A stretch of DNA of 64,000 nucleotides. It comes from a virus. The stretch's first letter is position 1; each line of letters starts with the position of its first letter. Location of the stretch: positions 15,814-79,813 of IMG/VR virus record IMGVR_UViG_3300021093_000041; one strand, written 5' to 3'. Below the pieces are notes generated by a model that was given only the letters and a program-made list of their open reading frames with translations, searched no databases and was not told where the DNA came from. Of the stretch, positions 19,013-29,947 are shown piece after piece. A program made the translations under genes and the position numbers.

Positions 19013-20590
19013 TTACGCTGGTTGAAAGAATGTATCACCGACTTTTGAACTTGTTGTTGACTTAACAACGTTTGACTTACCTTTAACATTTGTCAATTCT
19101 GTACCTTTTGTCTGATTAACTAATGGGTGGCCTTCGTCACCATCATTACCAACCTTGTCAGTTACTTTACCGTCGCCACCTTTACCTGGCTTAGCAAGTT
19201 TTGATACTGTGCTGTCGACTACGTTACCTTTACCTTTAACTGGAATAGGGTCACCTTTCTTCTGATTTACGAGTGGATGGCCAAGTTCTTCAGCTTCAAT
19301 CTCTTCACCATATCCCATCATTGGTTGCTGTTCGTCTTCCTCACCTATTTCTTCGACTTCACCTTCATCTTCAAGTTCTTCTGATCCACTGAGAATATCA
19401 CTTAACAAAGCGTGAAGATGTTGTGCAACTTCTCTTGGAATGGTAAGAGTAACATTTTCACCCTCATCACCAGCTTCGAGTTCAGGTGCACCAGCTTCTG
19501 CCTCAGCTTCAGCTGCACCAAGTGCAATTGCGTCTTCATCACCCATTACATCTTCATAAAGTTTATCGAATATTGATTTACTCATATCATTATTTATATT
19601 TTCTTTAGCAATTTTCTTTACCCCCTGTGAAAATTTATTTACATCGTAAAAATTTTCTTTTGTACCACCTGGTTCAATAGGGGTTTGGGGTAATTCAACA
19701 CCATCTGATTCAGGGCCAGAATTTTTTATAAAAGGTGTTTTTGTTGGTGTTTCTGTTGCTGTTGGTAACGATTGAAATTTAACTTTACCTGGTTGTTTAA
19801 AGGTTTTAGCTTTTTGTGGCTTATAATTAGCACCAGTCATTAAATTTGGATTTTTTTTACCACCGAAAAAGTCAAATTTTTCAGAACGTAATTTAGCTAA
19901 AACAGCTCCAGCTACTTTTTGACCAGCTTTTTTAGAACCATATTTTTTAGCTGCACCCTTAGCAATTTTCTTAAATTGTTTGCCAGGTTTACCAATATCT
20001 TTACCAGCTTTTGCTTGCTTAGCTGAATATGATTTTTTAGCTTCTGTTACATGTTCACCTTTTGGTAATTCACCAGAACCACCCATTGCTTTGTCAATTG
20101 CTGAACCTCTGGCTTTTTCGTATTCAGAAAGTTTACCATCTTTATTAAGATCAGATTTAGTTGTATCAATCTCATCTTCTTGATTTAACATTTTTTTAAG
20201 TTCGTTAATTGCCATGTCACCTTCTTCATCGGTAAGGCCTTTACCTGTTTTGCTCTTAATATCATCGCTGACATCAAATACAAGTGAATTTATATCCGAA
20301 TCTTTAGGCATATTTTCGGTTGCGCTCATACAAGCTTTAAGTATGAGTTGTTCGCGGGAATTACCTAATTTTTCAAATTCACCTTCCTCAACCTTTTCAT
20401 TCACAATTGCGGCACCTTTTGTACCTTTATTGTAAATTTCGGTATACATATTGTTTAAAGTTTTTAAGTTCTTATCACTTGCTGATGAAAAATGGTTACC
20501 TGATTGCTGAGGTGTGTAGGTCTTTTCTTCTATTGGCTTGATCGAAGAATAAAGATCTGCAAGACCTTGCATTTGACGTGTTAAATTCAT
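19013..20590 (-). CDS. Low-complexity late protein, probable prohead core/internal protein
   Basis: Alternating acidic and K-rich blocks, DLNKDGKLSEYE, duplicated GHPLVNQ...VKGKxNVVxST, many (L/I/V)xE sites. Confidence 0.6.
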   Translation of the reverse strand: MNLTRQMQGLADLYSSIKPIEEKTYTPQQSGNHFSSASDKNLKTLNNMYTEIYNKGTKGAAIVNEKVEEGEFEKLGNSREQLILKACMSATENMPKDSDINSLVFDVSDDIKSKTGKGLTDEEGDMAINELKKMLNQEDEIDTTKSDLNKDGKLSEYEKARGSAIDKAMGGSGELPKGEHVTEAKKSYSAKQAKAGKDIGKPGKQFKKIAKGAAKKYGSKKAGQKVAGAVLAKLRSEKFDFFGGKKNPNLMTGANYKPQKAKTFKQPGKVKFQSLPTATETPTKTPFIKNSGPESDGVELPQTPIEPGGTKENFYDVNKFSQGVKKIAKENINNDMSKSIFDKLYEDVMGDEDAIALGAAEAEAEAGAPELEAGDEGENVTLTIPREVAQHLHALLSDILSGSEELEDEGEVEEIGEEDEQQPMMGYGEEIEAEELGHPLVNQKKGDPIPVKGKGNVVDSTVSKLAKPGKGGDGKVTDKVGNDGDEGHPLVNQTKGTELTNVKGKSNVVKSTTSSKVGDTFFQPA

Positions 20591-20624
20591 ATTTATATTT
20601 ATTGTCCGCTTACTAAATAATAGA
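20591..20624. promoter_or_regulatory. Back-to-back divergent late-promoter motifs
   Basis: TAAATA - strand 20596-20601 and + strand 20614-20619, each 5 nt from a start codon. Confidence 0.65.
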
Positions 20625-23381
20625 GTGGCAATAGGAAAACAACGAGAACACTACCTGGGTAATCCAAATTTACCAACAGCAAATACTAGCTTTGAGTATA
20701 CTCCTGAGATGATTAAAGAGATTAAAAAATCATCTGATGATATTGTACACTTTGCTTCAACTTACTTTTATATAATTAGCTTAGATGAAGGTAGAAAATG
20801 TATTGAACTACATAAATGTCAAAAACGGGTTCTCAAAAAAATGATGGATAACCGTTTTTTTATACTTTTAGCTTCCCGTCAGATAGGTAAGGCATTAGCA
20901 TTAGATACACCTATACCAACACCGAACGGGTGGACAACTATGGGTGAGCTTAAACAAGGTGATCAAGTATACGGTTTAGATGGTAAACCATGTAATATTT
21001 TATGTGCGCATGATGTGATGTATGGTAGACCATGTTATAAAATAACATTTGATAATGGTGAAACAATTATTGCAGATGAAGAACATTTATGGTTTACAGA
21101 GTCGAAAAATGAAAGATATAAAGGCGGAACTGTTAAGACAACAGGTGAAATCTGTAAAACATTATTAGCTGGTAAAGAGCCTAACCATCGTATACCAATG
21201 TGTATTAATGGTGTTACATATGAATCTAGTAATTTACCTATTGATCCTTATGTGCTAGGTATGTGGCTAGGTGACGGTACATCAAGTGGTGCTACTATCT
21301 CAATAGGTAAACGTGATTTAAATGAAACGATAGATACACTTAAAACATATCAATCACAATTTGATAAATTAACTTTACACGAATATTATGCAGATAATTA
21401 TACATTAAGGTTATCTACAACAAGTAATGTTAAAACCAAAAGTTTATCTACATTATTGCATGATAATAACTTAATAGATAATAAACATATACCGACTGCT
21501 TACTTACAATCTTCAAGACAACAAAGATTAAAATTATTACAAGGTTTAATTGATAGTGATGGTTATATCAATAAAAACGGTGTTTGTCAATTTTATAATA
21601 CTAATATACGGTTGGTTAAACAGGTAAAAGAACTGGTTGAGAGCCTTGGCTACAAAGTTACATTTAAACAATATACCCCTACATTAAACGGGGTCGAATG
21701 CGCTGAATGCGGGTGTATTACTTTTACACCTATTGAGTATGTAGCAACTTTAATGTTTAAAAAGTCGCGTATAAAACCTAAACCACTACATGTACAATCA
21801 AAATTTAGATCCCAATGGCATTATATTAAAAATGTTGAGAAGATTGACTCTGTACCTGTAAGATGCATAACTGTAGATAGTAAAGATAATTTATTTCTCT
21901 GTGGTAGACAGTATATACCCACACATAACACCACATTAATGACAATATATGCACTTTGGTTTGCTTGTTTTAACGATGATCAAAAAGTGTTAATTGTTGC
22001 AAATAAAGAAGGTACCGCTAAAGAAATTTTTAGTAGAATACGTTTAGCATATGAAGAATTACCTAATTGGTTGAAAGCAGGTGTTAAAGAATATGGTAAG
22101 GAATCCATGGTTTTGAGTAATGGTAGTTCAATAGGTATAAGTACCACAACGGGTACAGCTGCCCGTGGTATGTCAGTCAGTTTACTTATTTTGGATGAGT
22201 TGGCGTTTATTGAACCACACATAGTAAATGAGTTCTGGAAATCAGTGTTTCCCATTGTTTCGTCATCTAAAAAATCAAAAATCTTTATAGCTTCAACAGC
22301 CAACGGGACAGATAATTTATTTTACGATATATATTCCAAAGCAGAAGCTAATAAAAATAATTGGGCTTACGATAAGGTTCTTTGGAGTGAGATTCCTGGT
22401 AGAAATTTACTGTGGAGACGTGAAATGATACTCGCTCTTGGTAGCGAAGAGGCATTTGATCAAGAGTTTGGTTGCAAGTTTATACAAACAGGTGAATCAG
22501 CAGTTGATGAAGTTTTATTTGCACATTTAAAAAAGAATATACGCCAACCACAGTTTGTTTTAGATGAAGGTAAATACTATGTTTATAAAGACCCTGAACC
22601 TAACGGTGTTTACGTTGTGGGTGTTGATGTAGCGGAAGGTCTGGGTGAAAATTATACGTCAATCCAAATTTTAGATTTACAAGATTTGACCAATATTGAA
22701 CAAGTTGCGACCTATAATTGTAACACAATTGCTCCTATTCACTTCACAAAAAAGTTGCATGAAATTTTAACGCAATGGGGTAACCCATTGGTGTCAATAG
22801 AAAGAAATAACTGCGGGGGTCAAGTAATTGATCAATTGTTTTATTCTTATAATTACACTAATATTTTAACTTACGGCTATGGAAACAGCTTAAAAATTGC
22901 AACCAATAAAAAAGGTATTACATCACACTCTAATATAAAATTTAAAGGGGTGATGAATAAAAGATATTGGTTAAAAGAACAAAAAGCTGTTGCAATAAGG
23001 GATGAAAATACGTTAAAAGAACTTAAGAATTTCGTAAGATACCCTAACGGTTCATGGAAAGCTAGACCTGGTGCGGATGTATTTGATGACCGTGTAATGA
23101 GTCTAGTATGGGCTCTAATTGTATTGGATAACGAACTTGTTGAAAAATATTTTCATGTTGAAAAGTATGATGAAAATAAAAGACCGTTAATTATTAAACC
23201 ATATCACGATACATCAAATGTTGCTTTACATTCATTTAATTCAATTTACAACGGGATGAATAATTTACAACAAGGTTTACCTACACCTTTTGTATTTACA
23301 TCAAATGAAGGTGAGCCAAATGAAGACTTAGATGAACTAAAAGCAATGGGGTACTCTTTCTTACATCAACAAAGGTACTAA
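20625..23381 (+). CDS. 17: Terminase large subunit (T4 gp17), intein-containing
   Basis: YLGNPNL, ASRQIGK|TT Walker A, LILDELAF, ASTANG, FDQEFGC, VGVDVAEG, IERNN, DDRVMSL. Confidence 0.95.
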   Translation: MAIGKQREHYLGNPNLPTANTSFEYTPEMIKEIKKSSDDIVHFASTYFYIISLDEGRKCIELHKCQKRVLKKMMDNRFFILLASRQIGKALALDTPIPTPNGWTTMGELKQGDQVYGLDGKPCNILCAHDVMYGRPCYKITFDNGETIIADEEHLWFTESKNERYKGGTVKTTGEICKTLLAGKEPNHRIPMCINGVTYESSNLPIDPYVLGMWLGDGTSSGATISIGKRDLNETIDTLKTYQSQFDKLTLHEYYADNYTLRLSTTSNVKTKSLSTLLHDNNLIDNKHIPTAYLQSSRQQRLKLLQGLIDSDGYINKNGVCQFYNTNIRLVKQVKELVESLGYKVTFKQYTPTLNGVECAECGCITFTPIEYVATLMFKKSRIKPKPLHVQSKFRSQWHYIKNVEKIDSVPVRCITVDSKDNLFLCGRQYIPTHNTTLMTIYALWFACFNDDQKVLIVANKEGTAKEIFSRIRLAYEELPNWLKAGVKEYGKESMVLSNGSSIGISTTTGTAARGMSVSLLILDELAFIEPHIVNEFWKSVFPIVSSSKKSKIFIASTANGTDNLFYDIYSKAEANKNNWAYDKVLWSEIPGRNLLWRREMILALGSEEAFDQEFGCKFIQTGESAVDEVLFAHLKKNIRQPQFVLDEGKYYVYKDPEPNGVYVVGVDVAEGLGENYTSIQILDLQDLTNIEQVATYNCNTIAPIHFTKKLHEILTQWGNPLVSIERNNCGGQVIDQLFYSYNYTNILTYGYGNSLKIATNKKGITSHSNIKFKGVMNKRYWLKEQKAVAIRDENTLKELKNFVRYPNGSWKARPGADVFDDRVMSLVWALIVLDNELVEKYFHVEKYDENKRPLIIKPYHDTSNVALHSFNSIYNGMNNLQQGLPTPFVFTSNEGEPNEDLDELKAMGYSFLHQQRY
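20892..21929 (+). mobile_element. Class 3 intein (346 aa) with LAGLIDADG homing endonuclease in the terminase Walker A motif
   Basis: Starts ALALDTPIPTPNGW; block B ADEEHLW; LGMWLGDG and LQGLIDSDG; block F VRCITVD; ends THN before Thr+1. Confidence 0.93.
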
Positions 23382-23392
23382 TAAATATTATT

Positions 23393-24013
23393 GTGGCAGA
23401 TATACCAGTCAATTCATTACCGTATACGCAAGCTCCGATCAATAAACAGAGAGCGGATAAATTTATTCTTGTGTTAACACCACCTAAGATATTTAGAGAA
23501 TTTGATATCGGTAACATTTTTCCAACAAGTATACAATATAGTGTGTATGGTACTATAATACCTGAAATCAGTGTACCATCTACAACTTTAGGGTTTGGTA
23601 ATCAAAGTATTAAAGTATCAACTTATTCAAGAACACCTTATAATGACATCACTGTAAACTTTACTGTAGATAATAGATTTCATAATTACTATTTTATCTA
23701 TAAATGGTTAGATATTTTAAATGATGATAAAGACGGTATTTTTGCAAAATCTGACCAAGGTGGTATAGATGATGTGGTTAAGTCTATATCAAGAAAGAAT
23801 TACAAACAAGGGTTATCTGAGTCAGACCTTTACTATACTGACTTTACTTTATATAGTTTAGATGAGTATAATAATAAAATAGCACAATTTACATACACCA
23901 AAGCATTTCCAGTAAATTTAGGGTCTTTAACAGCTAATTACAGGGATGCTACTCAATATGATACAGCTTTTACATTTTCATTTAATCAATTTTACATGAA
24001 ACTTTTGATCTAG
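23393..24013 (+). CDS. Tail tube terminator/completion protein (T4 gp3-like)
   Basis: IPEISVP, YNDITVNFTVDNRFHNYYFIYKWL, FTYTKAFPVNLGSL (tube fold). Confidence 0.65.
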   Translation: MADIPVNSLPYTQAPINKQRADKFILVLTPPKIFREFDIGNIFPTSIQYSVYGTIIPEISVPSTTLGFGNQSIKVSTYSRTPYNDITVNFTVDNRFHNYYFIYKWLDILNDDKDGIFAKSDQGGIDDVVKSISRKNYKQGLSESDLYYTDFTLYSLDEYNNKIAQFTYTKAFPVNLGSLTANYRDATQYDTAFTFSFNQFYMKLLI

Positions 24014-24046
24014 AAAAAAAGTGGTACGTAATCAATAAATATAAAT

Positions 24047-26473
24047 ATGCCTATCACGAATAATAATAGATTAACTAGCCCAGGTGTGCAAATAAATGAG
24101 GTTGATCTCACGCTTAGAGCAGCATTAAAAATCGGTACAAATGTGCTCGTTGCAGGTTTCGCTCCTCAGGGTCCAGCTGATGAAGTAATACAAGTTACAT
24201 CAAGATCCGAATTTCTCGATATTTACGGTGCACCGACAAATGCTGCAGAAAGGTATTTCTACCATTCAGTAGCTCAGTTATTTAATAGCCCGGTAAATGT
24301 GTTGGTTAATAGATTACCTTATGGTGACAACACCGGTGAAGGATTTAGCCAGACCTTTTATAGTGCACTTGTTTACCCTGTTACAGCTTATAACGGCACA
24401 GAGTTAACAAGCAACCTTGCTTATACATCAACCAACCCTATTTCGACATATTTTCTTGGTGCTCCTTATCTTGTAAATTTACCGCTTTCAGCATATAACG
24501 CATTGTTATTACAAGAAGGTACATCATTTACATGGTCAGCTTCATCAACTGATTTATCATCACTTTTAGATTGGAACAGCTCTGATTTAAATATTCAAAA
24601 TTTAGCTAGTGCTGGTGTAATTATTCTTAATAGTGCTCAAGTTGCTAACAACAACAGATTTGAAGGTTATTATACGGCTATAGTAGATAACACAAATTAT
24701 AACCCTGCAACACCATTTGATAATGTTATCGGTGTAAGAGGTGTTTCAACATTGTTGGATTCATATAATCTTAATAGCAATACATACGCTTCAACATTAC
24801 CATCTACACGTCTTAACTTCCAACTTGCATTACCATCAACGGAAATTCCTGCTGGTAACACAGTTTCAGAGGTTATTGAGGCAATTCCAACATATAATCT
24901 TAACACAAGAGGTTTTGATGATACATTAACCCTTGCAGTGTTTAAATTACGCCAATCAACGTTCTCACCCGATACCATTAAGCTTGATTTCGTTTATCAA
25001 GAAGGTTATATTGGTTCACTTGATTTTAATCGTCAAATTAACAGTGAAAATGGTGGTCAACCTATAAGTTTCTTTTTACCAAAAGTTGCACAAACAAGTC
25101 CAAATGTTAAAGTTCTTGTTAACCCGTATATTTCTGGTGAGATATATCAACCTGCAGGTGCACCAGATTACAGAACAACAACTTGGTTAAGTTTAGATGG
25201 TTTACCTAAGACCAAAGTAAGAATGGCAACAAATACACTCACATATTTGTTATCATCCACAGATATTACAGATAGTGAATATACATCAATTGTTGGTGCA
25301 GCATCAGGGGTTGTTCAAAGTGCAGCAACTGGTATTGGTAGCGATGGTGGCTATCTTTGGGCTCAGGGTGTATTTACACCAACTCAAATAACAAATAAGA
25401 GTGTTGGTAGCATACCTAATAAATTAGATCGTTTATTTGACAGATTGTCAAATATTGACCTTTATGATATTGATATTGTTCTTGACGCAGGTCTTTCAAC
25501 AATATTCACTACATGTCAAACATTAGGTACCAATTACTTTGATGACACGGTTAGCATGTTACAGTTTGTAGATGGTTTGAGAACAGCTAAACCAACCACT
25601 GACATTTTAGGTGGTAATGATACAGATGCATCAGCAATTATAACAAACTGGAATGTTATATTCTCACAGATGAATTCATTCTGCCAGAACACCAGAAAAG
25701 ATTGCTTGCTTATTGCTGATGTATATAGAAACTTGCTTGTTGATGGACCCAACCTTAAAACAATAAGCCAAGGTAGCTATAACTTCGGTCAATATATTTA
25801 CTCACCGTTAAAACATTTGTTGTATAATGCTAACACAAGTTACGCTTGTATATATGGTACATGGGCTAAAGTATTTGATTCGTTTAGCAGCCAACAAGTT
25901 TGGATACCATTCAGCGGTGTTGCAGGTCAATTGATGGGTAACACTGATGCAAACTTTAAACCATGGTTTGCACCAGCTGGTTTCACAAGAGGTTTAGTGC
26001 AAACAATTACTGATATTGCATTTTATCCAAATCAAGCACAACGTGATCAATTATACCCGTTAAGTATAAATCCTGTTGCATTCTTCCCAGGTGAAGGGTT
26101 TGTTGTAATGGGTCAGAAAACATTATTAGACAAGCCAAGTGCATTTGATAGAATTAATGTAAGGAGATTGTTCTTGGTGTTAGAGAAACAAACAAGAAAT
26201 ACAGTTAAGTATTTCATATTTGAACCTAATACATTGTTTACAAGATCTAGTCTTGTTAATGTTATCAACCCAATATTTGATGATGCTAAAAATACTGAAG
26301 GTGTATATGATTATCTCATTGTATGCGATGAAAGGAATAACACACCTGAAGTAATTGATCAAAATCAATTGATTGTTGATATTTACATTAAACCTGTAAG
26401 AACTGCAGAGTTCATCTTAGTGAACTTTATTGCAACGAGAACATCGCAGAACTTCCAAGAGTTGGTAGGATAA
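24047..26473 (+). CDS. 18: Tail sheath protein (T4 gp18)
   Basis: SPGVQINEVDLT, PWFAPAGFTRG, RDQLY..INPV, GQKTL, SAFDRINVRRLF, FEPN, DIYIKPVRTAEFI. Confidence 0.96.
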   Translation: MPITNNNRLTSPGVQINEVDLTLRAALKIGTNVLVAGFAPQGPADEVIQVTSRSEFLDIYGAPTNAAERYFYHSVAQLFNSPVNVLVNRLPYGDNTGEGFSQTFYSALVYPVTAYNGTELTSNLAYTSTNPISTYFLGAPYLVNLPLSAYNALLLQEGTSFTWSASSTDLSSLLDWNSSDLNIQNLASAGVIILNSAQVANNNRFEGYYTAIVDNTNYNPATPFDNVIGVRGVSTLLDSYNLNSNTYASTLPSTRLNFQLALPSTEIPAGNTVSEVIEAIPTYNLNTRGFDDTLTLAVFKLRQSTFSPDTIKLDFVYQEGYIGSLDFNRQINSENGGQPISFFLPKVAQTSPNVKVLVNPYISGEIYQPAGAPDYRTTTWLSLDGLPKTKVRMATNTLTYLLSSTDITDSEYTSIVGAASGVVQSAATGIGSDGGYLWAQGVFTPTQITNKSVGSIPNKLDRLFDRLSNIDLYDIDIVLDAGLSTIFTTCQTLGTNYFDDTVSMLQFVDGLRTAKPTTDILGGNDTDASAIITNWNVIFSQMNSFCQNTRKDCLLIADVYRNLLVDGPNLKTISQGSYNFGQYIYSPLKHLLYNANTSYACIYGTWAKVFDSFSSQQVWIPFSGVAGQLMGNTDANFKPWFAPAGFTRGLVQTITDIAFYPNQAQRDQLYPLSINPVAFFPGEGFVVMGQKTLLDKPSAFDRINVRRLFLVLEKQTRNTVKYFIFEPNTLFTRSSLVNVINPIFDDAKNTEGVYDYLIVCDERNNTPEVIDQNQLIVDIYIKPVRTAEFILVNFIATRTSQNFQELVG

Positions 26474-26495
26474 AAACAGGTAAATATTAATACAG

Positions 26496-26522
26496 AAGGG
26501 ACCGTTTTTCGGTCCCTTTTTT
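26496..26522 (+). terminator. Rho-independent terminator after the sheath gene
   Basis: AAGGGACCG-ttttt-CGGTCCCTT then TTTT. Confidence 0.8.
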
Positions 26523-26557
26523 ATGTAAAAAAAACCCATCCAAGAATAAATAATTAT

Positions 26558-27121
26558 ATGCCAGACGTAAAGCAAACTATAGCCGATTTTTACAGAGTAG
26601 CATTACAACGTGATTTTGCACGTAATTTTCAATTTAGATTACTTTCAATGAACACGGGTGGTGCTAGTACTATTACATTCGATGAGAATGATTTGGTTTA
26701 CTTGACAGCTGGTTCACTACCTGCAAGATCAATCCAAAACGTTGCAGTACCATACATGGGTCTCAATTTTAACTTACCCGGTGTAGCAACTTACGATGGC
26801 TCAGAAGGTTATAATTTAACATTCTATTGTGATTCAAGATCACAAATACGTCGCAAATTCGAAGATTGGTCACGTGATATATTCGACGATGCAACAAGCA
26901 CAGGTAATTATTTTGCACCAAGACAGACTGCAACAATTGATATGTTACAATTAGATACCCAGCTTAATAGAGTATCACAATATCAGTTAGTTGGTGTATC
27001 AGTAAGAACCGTTGGAGCAATTGAGTATAATATGTCATCTGGTACAGGTGATGTTGTTAACTTTACAGCAACTGTAGCATACCATTACTTTAGAAGATTA
27101 GCCCCACCAAGAGGACAGTAA
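26558..27121 (+). CDS. 19: Tail tube protein (T4 gp19)
   Basis: Follows sheath; ARNFQF, SLPAR, VPYMG, LTFYCD..IRRKFEDW, QLD, FTATVAYHYF. Confidence 0.85.
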   Translation: MPDVKQTIADFYRVALQRDFARNFQFRLLSMNTGGASTITFDENDLVYLTAGSLPARSIQNVAVPYMGLNFNLPGVATYDGSEGYNLTFYCDSRSQIRRKFEDWSRDIFDDATSTGNYFAPRQTATIDMLQLDTQLNRVSQYQLVGVSVRTVGAIEYNMSSGTGDVVNFTATVAYHYFRRLAPPRGQ

Positions 27122-27143
27122 TTCTAAGATTAAATAATCTTAG

Positions 27144-28013
27144 ATGAATAACCCAATAACAGATGTAGTAAGGGGTTTAGGTGAAAATATATCAGGTGTT
27201 TTCACTGGTACAAATTCGTTAATTGCACCTCAAATAACGAATATTTTTGGTTACACAATTCCAGGTATACCACTAATTAGTGCGAGGGATTATTTTATTG
27301 CACAAATGGAGTCGTGGTTAACTGCTATACCACTTAAAACTCAATGGTTAGTATTAATACAAGGTTACCCTAAAGCTTTAACAACGCAAACATTGCAAAT
27401 GCTTGAACGCACAGAAGGTAACACCCACAACTTTAATATAAATAGTGCTGTTACAAAATTAAAATCATTTCCATTGAATAAAGTTGTAGGTTGTATTTTC
27501 GCACAAGGTGTAGGTATACCTGAAAATGAAGTTAATAATACATCTTCTACTGAAAATGGGTTTAATAGAGGTTTTTTAAACGGTTCAGTTAGTAACGGTA
27601 GAACAGGTTTCGATTCAGGCTTTCAAATCAACTTTTTGGAAACCAATACATCGTTTGTAGATTTTGTAATTAGACCATGGGTAATTTTAAGTGAGCATTA
27701 TGGTTATGTTGCAAGACCAATTAACGAAGCAGAAAAAGACGTCAGTACAACTATAACAATTTTGCAGTATACTAGATCGTATCAAAAACTATCTATGATA
27801 CCTCGCAAAATTTGGACTTTTTATAATTGCTATCCAACTACAGTGGCAAGTAGAGAGTTGGTGTATGAGGGTGAAGCAATTGATACATACCCGGTAACAT
27901 GGAGATATAGTAATTATGCGGTACAAAATACGCTATATTTACCATTACCTGATATAATTAATAGAATAAGATCAGGCAATATTATACCACGTATATCGCC
28001 ATTACAGGGTTAA
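27144..28013 (+). CDS. Tail tube-like baseplate protein (gp54/gp48-like initiator)
   Basis: Tube-fold motifs INFLETN, IRPW, WTFYNCYPTTV, VTWRYSNY. Confidence 0.55.
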   Translation: MNNPITDVVRGLGENISGVFTGTNSLIAPQITNIFGYTIPGIPLISARDYFIAQMESWLTAIPLKTQWLVLIQGYPKALTTQTLQMLERTEGNTHNFNINSAVTKLKSFPLNKVVGCIFAQGVGIPENEVNNTSSTENGFNRGFLNGSVSNGRTGFDSGFQINFLETNTSFVDFVIRPWVILSEHYGYVARPINEAEKDVSTTITILQYTRSYQKLSMIPRKIWTFYNCYPTTVASRELVYEGEAIDTYPVTWRYSNYAVQNTLYLPLPDIINRIRSGNIIPRISPLQG

Positions 28014-28050
28014 AATTGATTTAAACTTATATTATAGATAAATTATTTAC

Positions 28051-28932
28051 GTGGCTTTTACTATCCGCATATATTTACCATACAGTAAAAAAACTGTTTC
28101 TATTAAACAGTTTACTAATTTGGAATATAAAAATTTACTTAAAACATTAACCAATAAAAATTATAGTCAATGTAATAATTTTATTAACAGTCTTATATAT
28201 GATTGCTCCTTTGGAGAATTGACGGATATAAATTTTATAGATAAATTCGTTACACTACTTAACTTACGTTGTATTTCTATAGGTGACACTCTAACCCAAT
28301 CTATACAAAAAGATAGCGCTAAGTATAACTTAAATTATAGTATATATTCAATAATAGATAAAATTGTAAACAACTCACAACTAACTTTTGCAGATAACAT
28401 ACAGTATGGGTTATTACAAGTTACTACTGGGGTACCTAAACAAATTTTTATCAACCCGCAAGATATTCACAATTTTATATATTCAATTAAAATTGGTAAT
28501 AGAATTTTTGATCTTAACAATTTACCTGAAAATGAAAAAATTGAAGCTATCAATATATTACCAGGTCAGATTATGTTGAGATTGTATCAAAGCATATATC
28601 TTTTTAAACAACAAATACAAGATTTTGATATTTTAACTCTCAAAGTTAATATTGAAACAAAAGAAGAAACACCTGTTAAGCTATATCTAGACCAAGATAA
28701 TATGCATGCTTTATTATCCGTATTTTTTAATGAACATTTAACCAATATATTTTTAAAGCAATTTATTTTATCAAAACAGCATAATATTGATTGTAATTAT
28801 TATGATTCTTTACCACCTGTAGAATCAGATATATTTTATAATTTTCATAAAGAATTGCAAGAACATGAAAAACAACAAAATGAAAGCACAAAAGGTGTTT
28901 CAATAGGTGTACCACCATCAAGTGAATTTTAG
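28051..28932 (+). CDS. Baseplate hub assembly protein, gp26-like with gp51-like C-terminus
   Basis: LPYSKKTVSIKQFTNLEYKNLL and DKFVTLLNLRCISIGD (gp26-like); FILSKQHNI..YYDSLPPVESDIFY (gp51-like). Confidence 0.6.
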   Translation: MAFTIRIYLPYSKKTVSIKQFTNLEYKNLLKTLTNKNYSQCNNFINSLIYDCSFGELTDINFIDKFVTLLNLRCISIGDTLTQSIQKDSAKYNLNYSIYSIIDKIVNNSQLTFADNIQYGLLQVTTGVPKQIFINPQDIHNFIYSIKIGNRIFDLNNLPENEKIEAINILPGQIMLRLYQSIYLFKQQIQDFDILTLKVNIETKEETPVKLYLDQDNMHALLSVFFNEHLTNIFLKQFILSKQHNIDCNYYDSLPPVESDIFYNFHKELQEHEKQQNESTKGVSIGVPPSSEF

Positions 28933-28966
28933 TTGATATGTATCTTACAGCATTATAAATAGCAGT

Positions 28967-29152
28967 ATGACAAAAGAAGAAGCATTTAAGATTAACGAAC
29001 TTTATCGTGAAATAGATTTATTAAAAAGTGCAAATAAGATTCAAACACAAACAATTGAAAAGCTTGAAGCTGAAAACAAGTTGTTAAGTGTAGCAGTTAA
29101 TGTCGAAAAGATTCTAAATAGGATTGAGATAATAAATAAAAAGAAAGAGTGA
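28967..29152 (+). CDS. Small coiled-coil hypothetical protein
   Basis: 61 aa ORF with TATAAATA upstream. Confidence 0.55.
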   Translation: MTKEEAFKINELYREIDLLKSANKIQTQTIEKLEAENKLLSVAVNVEKILNRIEIINKKKE

Positions 29153-29373
29153 TGAAGAATTTGTATATCATTACAGCTACAAAAAACCAAATAAAAGTTT
29201 TTAATTCTAAAACAGGTACACTATTAAAAACTTTTATTTTGCCTGGTAATTTAGTTAATGGCCCGGTTCAATCTGATGATATATTTACGGTGGTTATAGA
29301 CCTCAACGGTCAGCAACAAGGTAGAATATATAAGTTACCTAATTGTTTCTTACAAAGAACATTTAAAGTGTAA
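29149..29373 (+). CDS. Hypothetical protein
   Basis: 74 aa ORF. Confidence 0.5.
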   Translation: MMKNLYIITATKNQIKVFNSKTGTLLKTFILPGNLVNGPVQSDDIFTVVIDLNGQQQGRIYKLPNCFLQRTFKV

Positions 29374-29410
29374 GAGTGGATTTTTAATTTTCATAATTTA
29401 CTATTGAATT

Positions 29411-29911
29411 ATGAATAAATTAGAAAACACACAATACTTCAAGTTAGTTGAATATCCAGTTGTTTTAGATAGTATAGAGATTACTTCTAATTACGATAAA
29501 AAAGCTTTCGTGGGATTTCCTATTCGTAATGAATATGATAGAGTGAGACATAAAATACCTGACGAATATAACCCGACTTATGTTCGTCACGATGATGGTA
29601 ATACATATTACGGTATTTGGTCGGACCTAACTAGAGAAGGAAATGAGTTGTATAATTTTATAAGCGATTTTAAATTGCTTAATATTACAGATATTAAAAC
29701 GTCGATGAATATCTGCGCAAAAGAATATGATATTAATTTATCTGAATCATTTTTATTGACGAATAAAGACACATTAGCATTAACATTCGATCAAGGTAAA
29801 AAATATATAGATAGCAACCATTCTAACCTCGATGCTATAGCTTATAACTGTTCTAGCGCACCAAGTTACGTAAAAGTTACTGGGATGTATATTTTCCTAT
29901 TTTACTATTGA
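29411..29911 (+). CDS. Hypothetical protein
   Basis: 166 aa ORF with sigma70-like promoter directly upstream. Confidence 0.55.
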   Translation: MNKLENTQYFKLVEYPVVLDSIEITSNYDKKAFVGFPIRNEYDRVRHKIPDEYNPTYVRHDDGNTYYGIWSDLTREGNELYNFISDFKLLNITDIKTSMNICAKEYDINLSESFLLTNKDTLALTFDQGKKYIDSNHSNLDAIAYNCSSAPSYVKVTGMYIFLFYY

Positions 29912-29947
29912 TATAACACCAAAATAATATATAAATAACGATATTCT

